Source: an uncultured Acidobacteriota bacterium
Lineage (GTDB): Bacteria; Acidobacteriota; Blastocatellia; RBC074
Length of the DNA: 64,000 nt
Direction: 5' to 3'
Assembly: GCA_963796275.1 (NCBI GenBank)
Contig: CAWCKY010000004.1
Span: 1,408,001-1,472,000, forward strand
Below are positions 53,418 through 62,978 of the stretch, piece after piece. The translations under genes were made by a program, and so were the position numbers. Numbering within the stretch: position 1 is the first letter of the stretch; every line of letters starts with the position of its first letter. The notes below the pieces were generated by a model. It did no database searches. It was not told the DNA's origin and was given only the letters and a program-made list of their open reading frames with translations.

Positions 53418-55315
53418 ATGTGTGGAATTCTAGGCATCATCAATCTCGATCGAAACCAGCCGGCGGACGAGCAGACCGCGCGAGCGATGGCGGAGGCACT
53501 CATCCATCGCGGCCCCGACGATGAAGGTTTCTATTTCAAAAACAATGTCGCGCTCGGGATGCGGAGGCTCTCGATAATCAGATCTCGCTACCGGACACCA
53601 GCCGATCGCCAACGAAGATAATTCGCTCTGGGTCGTCTGCAACGGCGAAATATATAATTTTCCCGAATTGCGCGAGCATCTCATCGACCGCGGCCATCAT
53701 CTCCGCACGCAGACGGACACGGAAGTTATCGTTCATCTGTACGAAGAGTACGGCGACGATCTCACCGCCCATCTCAACGGGATGTTCGCATTCGCCCTCT
53801 GGGACGAAAAGCGCCAACGCCTATTGATCGCTCGCGATCGTATGGGCGAAAAACCTCTATATTTCGCCCAGCTCGCCAACCAGGCATTCGTCTTCGCCTC
53901 GGAGCTCAAATCGCTCATCGTACATCCGCTCGTGCAGAGCCGGATCAATATGCTGGCCCTGCGCAAATATCTGCAGTACGAATTCGTCCCTTCGCCGCAC
54001 ACCATCATCGAGGGCGTGCAAAAACTGCGCCCCGCTCACCGGCTGATCCTGGAGAACGGTCGATGGCGAACGGAGCGCTATTGGCGACTGGATTACGAAG
54101 GCGAGCGCTTGAGGATCAGCGAAGAGGAAGCGGTCGAAGAGGTGCATCGGCGTCTGCGCGAGGCTGTGCGGATGCGCTTGATCTCCGATGTCCCGCTCGG
54201 GGTCTTATTATCGGGCGGGATCGATTCGAGCACAGTCGCCGCGCTCGCGTGTGAAGCTGCTGAAGGACGGGTCAAGACCTTTTCCATAGCGTTCGAAGAA
54301 GACTCATTCGACGAGTCCTCATACGCTCGCCTGGTCGCGAACCGTCTCGGCACCGATCATTACGAACAGACGTTCACCGAGCGCGCAATGCTGGAGATGG
54401 TGCCCGAGATTCCGCGGTTGCTCGACGAACCACTGGGCGATGGCTCGCTCATTCCGACCTCATTGCTCTGCCGGTTCACGCGCAGCCACGTCAAGGTCGC
54501 GCTCGGCGGCGATGGAGGCGATGAACTCCTGGCGGGATATCCGACATATGCCGCTCACCGGATGGCCGGTTATTACCGAGCCTTGCCGCAATTTATCCGA
54601 AAAGGATTGATCGAACCGGCGATCGAAAGTCTGCCTGTTTCAACGAAAAACCTTTCGTTCGATTTCCGCGCCAAGCGGTTCGTGCACGGCGCCGACTTGC
54701 CGGCGGGCATGCGCCACACCGTTTGGATGGGCTCATTTGACGCCGCGCAGCAAAAACATCTCTTCTCGCCCGATGTGTTGAAAGCGTGGCCCGACGAAGC
54801 TGTCTTCGATGAAGTGCGCGTCTACGATCATCTAAACGGTTATGGCAAGAACAGCCTTGTCGAACAGATGATGATGCTCGATGCCACTCACTATCTCCCA
54901 GAGTGCGTCCTATTTAAAGTCGATCGCGCGGAGCATGGCCGCATCGCTCGAAACGCGCGCGCCATTTCTCGATCACACTTTCGCCGAATTTTTGATGAAA
55001 TTGCCGATTGGATTGAAGTTTCACGGCTTGACCGGTAAATACATCCTCAAACGCGCAATGCGCGACATATTACCTTCGGCAATCATCAAGCGGCCGAAAA
55101 AAGGGTTTGGCATGCCCGTCGCCCAATGGATCAAGGGCGAGCTGCGTCTGCTCGTCCGCGACACCTTCGCGCCCGATAGCTTGAAACGGCGAGGGTTGTT
55201 CAACCCCGCGTATGTTCAGCGTCTGCTGGACGAACACGACCGCGGCCAGGCCGATCATCGCAAACTGATCTGGACGCTTTTGATGTTTGAGATGTGGCCC
55301 TTGGCTAAGAGTTAG
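53418..55315 (+). CDS. asnB: Asparagine synthase (glutamine-hydrolysing)-like amidotransferase; frameshifts near 53580 and 54931
   Basis: MCGI, HRGPD, RLSII(D), NGEIYN, DTEV, GMFAFA, RDR.G.KPLY, LSGGIDSS, GDGGDE, DR.SM..SLE.R.PFLD, KKGF. Confidence 0.88.
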
Positions 55316-55416
55316 TGTAAAGTGAAGATAGGATTTCGAAAGACAGGAGACGGATTTCAGGAACCAGAGTTCAAACTGCAATTCTGGTTTCCGGTTCCTG
55401 TTTCCCGATAAAAATT

Positions 55417-56223
55417 ATGATCGATCAAAAAGAAATTATTGAGACAGCACCTACTCAACCAGCTTTCGGTCCCCCGAAATCGGTCATCCGCGATTACTTC
55501 GAGCAGGGTGTGATCACGGTGATTATGGCCTTGTTCCTGATGACCTTCATCGCCCAGGCCGTCGCTGTGCCGACCGGATCGATGCAGAATACGATAAACA
55601 TCGGCGATCATCTCTTCGTCAATAAATTTATCTTCGGCAAACCGACGCCGATCCTCGGAGGATTGCTGCCGACCCGCGATATCCGCAGGGGTGACATCAT
55701 CGTCTTCAAACTGCCGAGCGATCCGAAGATCAATTATGTCAAGCGCGTGATCGGGTTACCGGGCGATTCGGTTCAAATTAAAGGGAATCGCGTTATCGTC
55801 AATGGCAGTGAGCTGCCCGAGCAAAGGGTGATCGTCGACCTGCCTCCCGATTCACAAAACCGATCGGCGCTCGAGATCAGGAAGACCGAGGATGCGCCTC
55901 CCGGAGCGACATACAAAGTCTTTTACAGCGAACACGAGCGGGATAACGAGGAGGCGGAGGAAGATTTTCACGGGATGAAATATGGCGTCAAGGAACCGTT
56001 CAAGGTTCCCGACAGAACATATTTTGTGATGGGCGATAGCCGCGACAACAGTCTGGACAGCCGTTACTGGGGAACAGTTCCGCGCGAGAATATCTTCGCT
56101 CGCGCATTATATGTGCATTGGTCGTACAATCCCGGCGATCCTGATAATAACAGCAGCGGAAATCGTTTTATCGATATGATCAAAAATGCCCAATGGAGCC
56201 GGACGGGGACAGCGGTTAAATGA
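55417..56223 (+). CDS. lepB: Signal peptidase I
   Basis: VPTGSM (Ser), YVKRVIGLPGD (Lys), FVMGDSRDNS.DSRYWG. Confidence 0.93.
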   Translation: MIDQKEIIETAPTQPAFGPPKSVIRDYFEQGVITVIMALFLMTFIAQAVAVPTGSMQNTINIGDHLFVNKFIFGKPTPILGGLLPTRDIRRGDIIVFKLPSDPKINYVKRVIGLPGDSVQIKGNRVIVNGSELPEQRVIVDLPPDSQNRSALEIRKTEDAPPGATYKVFYSEHERDNEEAEEDFHGMKYGVKEPFKVPDRTYFVMGDSRDNSLDSRYWGTVPRENIFARALYVHWSYNPGDPDNNSSGNRFIDMIKNAQWSRTGTAVK

Positions 56224-59200
56224 TAAATGGGCGGGAAGAATCACCTCGGAAGTTGCAAAAAGCACAAGCGATGCAAATGATCTTTCATTCTTTCTGGCGT
56301 TTTATTCCTATTGTGCTTTTTACTGTCCCTTTTTGCGTTCTACCTGGTGATTTCTCTCTCCTGACGGCATCCCGCGGCGCACAAACCGCGACTCAGGTTG
56401 AAACTCAGCAAAAGCGCGAGCAGCTATATCGCCTGAACAACCTGGGCGTCGCATTGATGGAACAATTCAAGCACGAGGAGGCGGCGCAGCGATTCAAACA
56501 GGCGCTCGCGAGCGATGCGAACTTCGCCCTCGCGCGGATCAATCTGGCGCTGGCGTATTTTTTTTTGAACGATACGCCGGCGGCTGTCGAGGAAGCCAGG
56601 GCTGCCGTGAAACTCGCCCCGGACAGCCTCTACGCCAATTACATCCTCGGCGCGTCACTCCGCAATGAAAAGCTCTACGAAGAGGCGATCGCCCAGTTCA
56701 ACAAAGTCCTCGCCGGCGACCCGCAGGACCCGGCCACCAATATCCAGATCGGACAGATTTATGCGCAACAACAGAAATACGACCAGGCCATCGCCGCCTT
56801 CAGCCGCGCACTGGAGGCCGAACCGTACAATGCGACGGCCGCTTATAGTCTGGCGCAGGCTTTGATCCGAACGGGCAAGATGGCCGAGGGCCAGAAGATG
56901 CTGGGCAGGTTTCAGCGCTTGCGTTCGTCGGGTTACGCGACGACGCTCGGCAATGTTTACGGAGAGAAAGGCCGTTATGCCGAGTCGGTCCTCAGTACAG
57001 GCGCCGAACCCGATCTGGTCGAAAAAGAAGGCGCGAAGATAAGCTTCCTCGATGCGAGTTCAGGCATCAACATCAAAACAAGCACAAAAACGATGACTTC
57101 AGTCATCGGCAAAAAAATCGACAAGACCGGCTTCAACGATCAACTCAAACGGGAATTGCTCGCGCCGTTCAGTTCGAGCGTGGGGATGGGGGATTTCGAC
57201 GATGACAGCAGGCTCGACCTTTTCGTCTCGGGGATCGGGAGCGACGACAAACCGTTCATCAAACTGTTAAAGAATGAAGGCGGTAAATTCAGCGACGTCA
57301 CGGCGCAGTCGAAGATCACGGTCAGTCATCCCGTGAGCGGAGCGGTTTTCGGCGATTTTGATAATGACGGCAAGACCGATCTCGCGATCTTCGGATATCA
57401 AACGCTCGGGTTGTGGCGCAACAACGGTGACGGCAGCTTTGCGGATGTGACGGCGAAAGCCGGTCTGCCGGCGGAATACGCTTCGTGGGCTATGACAGCG
57501 GCGTGGGTTGACGCGGATCACGACGGCGATCTCGATCTCTTCGTCGGCAACTTCGCCGACCTGTCGCGGCTTCCCGATAAGGAAATGCCGGTATTTCCGG
57601 ACGATTTTGCCGGCCAGGAGAACAGGCTCTTCCGCAACAACGGGAACGGGACGTTCGCCGATATCACGGCCCAGACTGGGCTGGGCGGCGGCAAGAACAA
57701 GACGACCGCGGTCATCTGCACGGACTTCAACAACCGGCGCGACATCGATCTGCTGGTCGTGAATTACGGCGCACCCGCGCAACTATTCAGCAATCAGCGA
57801 GACGGATCGTTTAAAGATATGGCCGAACAGGCTGGGATCAAATTCACTGGCGGATCATTCGGCGCGGCGGCAGGCGATCTCAACAAGGATAATTTCATCG
57901 ATTTTTACTTTACGATCATTGACGAAGAGGCCGGACGAATTGATGGGAGATATAATTTCCCCGCCCTGTTTCTGAGCGATGGTAAAGGCGGCTTCAAAAG
58001 TGGTTTCACTCGCCCGATGGCCAGTCAGGCCGGAGTAAGTTTAGCCGCGCATTTTGCGGATTATGACAACGATGGCCAGCTCGATATGATCGATAGGGCT
58101 TCCAGCTCGATACACGTCCGACGCAACGACGGGATTTACAGTAAGACATTCGGAGAAGAACCGGTGCTCGGCAAGGATCTACTGGACAATCGCGCGTTCG
58201 CTATGGGCGACATCAACGATGACGGCGCGGTCGACATTGTCACATTCAAATCCGATGGATCGCTCATCGTCCTGCGAAACGAGGGCGCGAGCAAAAACTA
58301 CGTTGCCCTCGATCTCACCGGCAAAACGAGCAATCGCAGCGCGGTGGGAGCGAAGGCCGAGATGCGAAGCGGAAGCCTGCGGCAGAAACTCGAAGTCTAC
58401 GCTTCCTCACCGGCACCTGCTCCCGCCGGACTCGTTTTCGGCCTGGGTTATCGCACGAGCGTCGATACGCTACAGCTCTACTGGCCCGCCGGCATTTTGC
58501 AGTCTGAACTGTCGATCAAGGCGTCGGCAAACAACCCGATAGAGGAGCTCGACCGCAAGGGCACATCCTGCCCGCTGCTTTATGCCTGGAACGGCAGCGA
58601 GTACAGTTTCGTCACCGATTTCCTGGGAGGCTCTGCGATCGGTTACCTGACAGCGCCTGGCCTTTATAACTATCCGGATACGGACGAATATATCCGCGTC
58701 ACTGGCGATCAGCTCAAGGAACGCGACGGCGTTCTTTCGCTTCGCATGAACAATCAACTGGAAGAGGTCATCTACTTCGATGCGGTGAAGCTGGTTGCGG
58801 TCGATCATCCGGCGAATACAGAGATATATCCGAATGAACGATTGCTTCCCGCGCCCCCGTACACCAAATTCAAAATATTTTCCGTTAAATCGCCGCGACC
58901 GCCCCTCAGCGCAATCGATGATACGGGAAAAGATATACTCCCTCTGATCGAGAAGATCGACCGTCATTATCCCGATGCTTTTGAGAAACTGCAGTTCAAG
59001 GGATATGCGAATGAACACGCCATCACACTCGATCTCGGAAATCTGAAGGGCGCCGCCCGCACACTGTTATTGATGACGGCCTGGATCGATTACGCCGATT
59101 CGACTTCGAATTTAGCCGCGTCGCAGGCGGGAGCCAAGCTCATCCCGCCCTACCTGCAGGTCAAAAACAGGAAAGGCGAATGGGAGACCGTCATGCCGCA

Positions 59201-59825
59201 GATGGGATTCCCTGCCGGTCTGCCGAAGACGATGACCGTTGATCTGACCGGGAAGTTCCTCTGCGACGATGCGCGCGTGCGGATCGTCACGAGCATGCGC
59301 ATCTACTGGGATCAGATTCTGGTGGAGACATCAGCCGGGAACTCGCCGGGTAAAGTGATAACGCTTGAACCGATGAGCGCGGATTTACGCCATCGAGGGT
59401 TTCCGCGCGAATACTCGCCGGACGGACGGATGCCGCTCATCTACGACTATCGTACGATCGAGCCGGAAGCGCCGTGGAAAGCCCATCTGGGCAATTACAC
59501 CCGGTTCGGCGATGTTCGACAGCTTCTGCTTGCGCCGGACGATATGTATGTCATCACTCGCAGCGGCGATGAAATTCAGGTCGATTTCGATGCCCACGCA
59601 TTGCCGGCTCTACCGAATGGGTGGAAACGCACGTATCTCGTATTCAGCGAGGGCTTCGGTAAAGATATGGACATCAACTCGGCCCGGCCCGATACGATCG
59701 GCGAGTTGCCATTTCATGGAATGAAGAGTTATCCGTATTCAATGGGGGACAGTTATCCGAACACCAGGAGGCACGAAGATTATTTAAACAATTACAATAC
59801 GCGTAACGTCAATAGACACAATTGA
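56220..59825 (+). CDS. Large exported TPR + FG-GAP + ASPIC/UnbV (CRTAC1-like) protein
   Basis: TPR helices; repeated GDFDNDG..DL and N.G.G.F.D motifs; SNRSAVGA, FGLG....WP.G; SCP.LY.WNG C-terminal domain. Confidence 0.87.
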   Translation: MINGREESPRKLQKAQAMQMIFHSFWRFIPIVLFTVPFCVLPGDFSLLTASRGAQTATQVETQQKREQLYRLNNLGVALMEQFKHEEAAQRFKQALASDANFALARINLALAYFFLNDTPAAVEEARAAVKLAPDSLYANYILGASLRNEKLYEEAIAQFNKVLAGDPQDPATNIQIGQIYAQQQKYDQAIAAFSRALEAEPYNATAAYSLAQALIRTGKMAEGQKMLGRFQRLRSSGYATTLGNVYGEKGRYAESVLSTGAEPDLVEKEGAKISFLDASSGINIKTSTKTMTSVIGKKIDKTGFNDQLKRELLAPFSSSVGMGDFDDDSRLDLFVSGIGSDDKPFIKLLKNEGGKFSDVTAQSKITVSHPVSGAVFGDFDNDGKTDLAIFGYQTLGLWRNNGDGSFADVTAKAGLPAEYASWAMTAAWVDADHDGDLDLFVGNFADLSRLPDKEMPVFPDDFAGQENRLFRNNGNGTFADITAQTGLGGGKNKTTAVICTDFNNRRDIDLLVVNYGAPAQLFSNQRDGSFKDMAEQAGIKFTGGSFGAAAGDLNKDNFIDFYFTIIDEEAGRIDGRYNFPALFLSDGKGGFKSGFTRPMASQAGVSLAAHFADYDNDGQLDMIDRASSSIHVRRNDGIYSKTFGEEPVLGKDLLDNRAFAMGDINDDGAVDIVTFKSDGSLIVLRNEGASKNYVALDLTGKTSNRSAVGAKAEMRSGSLRQKLEVYASSPAPAPAGLVFGLGYRTSVDTLQLYWPAGILQSELSIKASANNPIEELDRKGTSCPLLYAWNGSEYSFVTDFLGGSAIGYLTAPGLYNYPDTDEYIRVTGDQLKERDGVLSLRMNNQLEEVIYFDAVKLVAVDHPANTEIYPNERLLPAPPYTKFKIFSVKSPRPPLSAIDDTGKDILPLIEKIDRHYPDAFEKLQFKGYANEHAITLDLGNLKGAARTLLLMTAWIDYADSTSNLAASQAGAKLIPPYLQVKNRKGEWETVMPQMGFPAGLPKTMTVDLTGKFLCDDARVRIVTSMRIYWDQILVETSAGNSPGKVITLEPMSADLRHRGFPREYSPDGRMPLIYDYRTIEPEAPWKAHLGNYTRFGDVRQLLLAPDDMYVITRSGDEIQVDFDAHALPALPNGWKRTYLVFSEGFGKDMDINSARPDTIGELPFHGMKSYPYSMGDSYPNTRRHEDYLNNYNTRNVNRHN

Positions 59826-61216
59826 AAATTCAGCAGCGGCAAACCAAGAAGGCAAAAACTTGCAAAAAATATAAAAGGCCTGGAGTGAGTTTTTTTGCCT
59901 TTTTTGCACTATTTTGCCTTTCCTGCATTCCATCCCAGACAGTTCCTCAAACCACATCAACGACATTGAATTGCTTCTCACGGCGGCCGGTGCCGATCGA
60001 CCGTTGGCGCGGCGAATATTTCAATAATCCCGAGCTTGAAGGCTCCCCCGCCGTGGTCCGCGATGACGGCGTGGGGGAGATCGAATTCGACTGGGGGCAT
60101 TCAAGCCCGGCGAAGGAATGCGGCATCGGCCTCGATCGGTTTTCTGCGCGTTGGACGCGCACGGTCGCATTCGCCGAAAGAACTTACCGTTTCACCATCT
60201 CATCGGATGACGGCGTGCGGCTGATCATCGATGGACAGGAGCGATTCAGTTCCTGGCAGGCTCATCCGCTGACGACCTCAACGGTCGATGTGGCGATGAC
60301 GCCCGGCAATCACAAGATCGAACTCGAATATTTCGAAGATTTCGGCAGCGCTTCGGTAAAGCTGTCCTGGTCTCCGGCTCCGTGCACCGCCGCCGTTGTG
60401 ACCGGTAGATGGAAGGGCGAATATTTTAACAACCCCGATTTAAGCGGTAGGCCTGCGTTGGTGCGCGACGACGATGATGGATTCCTGGGCTTCTTCTGGG
60501 GATTGAAAAGCCCGGACGTCATTAGCAATAAAAAGTGTCAAATAAATACCGATAATTTCTCCGCAAGGTGGACGCGGACGGTGACATTCGGCGATGGCTT
60601 CTATCACTTCACGGTAACGACATACGATAGGATCCGCATTTATATAGACCGGGAATTAAAATTTGAGCGCACGACCGATCAAAAAGCTGACTATTCGTTC
60701 GATCTTTCACTGGCAGCCGGGAACCACGAGATCATCGTCGAATATTTCGCACACACCGGGAACGCAGGACTGATCGTCGAATGGGAACGGAATTCATGCT
60801 TTCCTGAGGTTCCACCCGATCATTGGCGGGGCGAGTTTTTCAATAACGTGCGATTGTCCGGTCTTCCCGTGATGGTACGAAACAACGGCGACGGATATTT
60901 GAATTTCGATTCAGCCATAAATATTCCGAATTCCGACTGTGAGATCAATGAAGATGATTTTTCGGTGCGCTGGTCGCGCAAAGTGATTCTGGTCGATGGA
61001 ATCTATCGCTTTACGGTGACGGGCGACGATGGCGTGCGATTCTACGTCAACGGCAAGCGACTAATTAATCAGTGGCGTAATCAAAAGCGGGCGACTTATA
61101 GGGAAGATATCAAACTGCAGGCCGGAACGCATCGCCTCGTGCTCGAATATTACGACCATACTGGTGAAGCCGTCGCTAAAGTTGCGTGGGAAGCGATCGA
61201 GAAGCCGCTAAAGTAG
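59822..61216 (+). CDS. Exported protein with three tandem PA14 domains (possible lipoprotein)
   Basis: Three repeats of W.GE[YF]FNN..L.G.P...R, FS.RW, DDGVR, H...[LV]EY; hydrophobic stretch ending CLSC. Confidence 0.85.
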   Translation: MKIQQRQTKKAKTCKKYKRPGVSFFAFFALFCLSCIPSQTVPQTTSTTLNCFSRRPVPIDRWRGEYFNNPELEGSPAVVRDDGVGEIEFDWGHSSPAKECGIGLDRFSARWTRTVAFAERTYRFTISSDDGVRLIIDGQERFSSWQAHPLTTSTVDVAMTPGNHKIELEYFEDFGSASVKLSWSPAPCTAAVVTGRWKGEYFNNPDLSGRPALVRDDDDGFLGFFWGLKSPDVISNKKCQINTDNFSARWTRTVTFGDGFYHFTVTTYDRIRIYIDRELKFERTTDQKADYSFDLSLAAGNHEIIVEYFAHTGNAGLIVEWERNSCFPEVPPDHWRGEFFNNVRLSGLPVMVRNNGDGYLNFDSAINIPNSDCEINEDDFSVRWSRKVILVDGIYRFTVTGDDGVRFYVNGKRLINQWRNQKRATYREDIKLQAGTHRLVLEYYDHTGEAVAKVAWEAIEKPLK

Positions 61217-61263
61217 TAGGGAGGGAAGACAAAGCAACTGATAATCTGGCATAAAGTATCGTC

Positions 61264-62631
61264 TCACGGCGGACCTTGTTCGGCACCCTGGCTCGCTAAA
61301 CTCGCCAATATCTCGCCTATCAAAAACAGCGATCCGCATGCGCAGATCAACCCATTTTCCGGTGTGATATTCAACGCTTCAGCCAAAGCCTGGTTCGCAT
61401 CACCGGCGCAAGTCACGTCTTCTTGCCATTTCGCGGCGATCGCTTGAAGCATGCGCGGCTCAGCGGCACGCAGATTGTCGACCCTTGTCACGATAATTTT
61501 TTGTGCAATCGGAAAAAGAATTCCGCCCATCTCATCGATCGACTTATCAGCCATCGCGCCGAATATGAGCGTGATCGGTCTCGTTGAAAAATGCTCAATG
61601 AGGAAATCATGCAAAACGCGAGCGCCTTCGACATTGTGCGCCCCATCGAGCAGCAGCACACGTTGAGAAATTTGTAATAGCTCCAACCGTCCCGGCCATT
61701 CCGCGCTGCCCAAGCCTTCGTTAATTGCCGCGGGTGATATCTTCCATCCAATTTCTATCAACTGTTCGGCGAGATGAATAGCAGTCAACGCATTGATCAC
61801 CTGATGCCTTCCACGCAATTTCAGCGTTACGTCGTACTCCGCCAGGCTGGTGCTGTATCGGATTCTACATCTCCCAACCAGCGAAATATCGGCAGAGCTA
61901 TAATCATCGACGACCGAATCGATGCGGATATTATCCGGCGATCTCATCATCGCAGCTACTGAAACCACTCGAGCATTTAATTCAATCGCACGGGCCGCAA
62001 TCGTCAGCATTGCAGCTTCTGCCTGGGGCGCGACGACGACTGGAACACCGGGTTTGATAATACCGGCCTTCTCTCCCGCGATCTGTGCGAGCGTCTCGCC
62101 GAGGTATTTCTGATGGTCGTAGCCTATCGGTGTGATGGCGGTAATGACCGGTTGGCAGATGTTGGTCGCATCATATCTTCCACCCATTCCCACCTCGAGT
62201 ACTGCTATGTCGACCGCACGTTCCGCGAAATAGAGGAACGCAATCATTGTTATCTGCTCGAAGAAAGTCGCAGGGGCTTCGAGCGCACCAAGGGCAACCG
62301 ATTTTTCACACTGTGCGCGCACCTCGCTCGCCAGCCTCGCGAAATCGGCCTGTGTGATCTGGTCGCCATTGACGCGGACGCGTTCGGCGATGGATATCAG
62401 ATGCGGAGAGGTATAAAGGCCGACCCGATAGCCGGCGGCCCGCAAAATGGCATCGGTCATCGCAGCGGTCGAGCCTTTTCCGTTGGTACCCGCGATGTGA
62501 ATTGCCGGAAATGTCCGCTGCGGATCGCCACAGGCGGCGGCGAGTACTCTAATGGTATCGAGCCCGAGCTTCATCGCCAGGGTCTCGTGGCCGAGGCTAT
62601 ACAGATAATTTACGGCCTCTTCAAAGTTCAT
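61264..62631 (-). CDS. folC: Folylpolyglutamate synthase/dihydrofolate synthase FolC
   Basis: HIAGTNGKGST, YTSPHL, ER, FFE, EVGMGGRYDATN, DH..YLG, EKAGI, WPGR, LDGAHN, GSLFL.G. Confidence 0.95.
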   Translation of the reverse strand: MNFEEAVNYLYSLGHETLAMKLGLDTIRVLAAACGDPQRTFPAIHIAGTNGKGSTAAMTDAILRAAGYRVGLYTSPHLISIAERVRVNGDQITQADFARLASEVRAQCEKSVALGALEAPATFFEQITMIAFLYFAERAVDIAVLEVGMGGRYDATNICQPVITAITPIGYDHQKYLGETLAQIAGEKAGIIKPGVPVVVAPQAEAAMLTIAARAIELNARVVSVAAMMRSPDNIRIDSVVDDYSSADISLVGRCRIRYSTSLAEYDVTLKLRGRHQVINALTAIHLAEQLIEIGWKISPAAINEGLGSAEWPGRLELLQISQRVLLLDGAHNVEGARVLHDFLIEHFSTRPITLIFGAMADKSIDEMGGILFPIAQKIIVTRVDNLRAAEPRMLQAIAAKWQEDVTCAGDANQALAEALNITPENGLICACGSLFLIGEILASLASQGAEQGPP

Positions 62632-62832
62632 TTAATCCTGAAGGATTTCAGGAAACAGATTTAACGAGACAGAAATAAACCCACCTGCATTCATTCTGGC
62701 TTCCCTCTGGACGTGTCCCGATGTTCTCTGGTTTGATTCAGCTACAGTACATCTGCCTTCTGTTCATCTGTCCTGGTTTTGCTGTCTACATTACAGTGAA
62801 TAACGGCTTTGTTGCATAAATCGTAAATGAAT

Positions 62833-62970
62833 TTCAGTTGACAGTTGATAGTTTTCAGTTGCTGATCGAAGAAGCTCAGCTGAAACTAAAAACTGAAATT
62901 AAATGCTCACCTTCTTCGCCGCGTTAGCGGCGAAGAGCATATATAGAGTTTTCAGTTTTCAGTTTTCAGT
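62833..62970. repeat. Heptamer-armed element with a single TCTTCGCCGC-GTTA-GCGGCGAAGA hairpin; collapsed homolog of the 27.3-27.9 kb composite
   Basis: 62849-62932 matches the reverse complement of ~27830-27913 with a few mismatches; ends GAGTTTT CAGTTTT CAGTTTT CAGT. Confidence 0.85.
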
Positions 62971-62978
62971 GAATAATC

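Noticed and set aside
53418-55315. AsnB as a lasso-peptide cyclase
   Set aside because: It has an intact N-terminal Cys glutaminase domain, and no B protein, RRE or precursor peptide is nearby.
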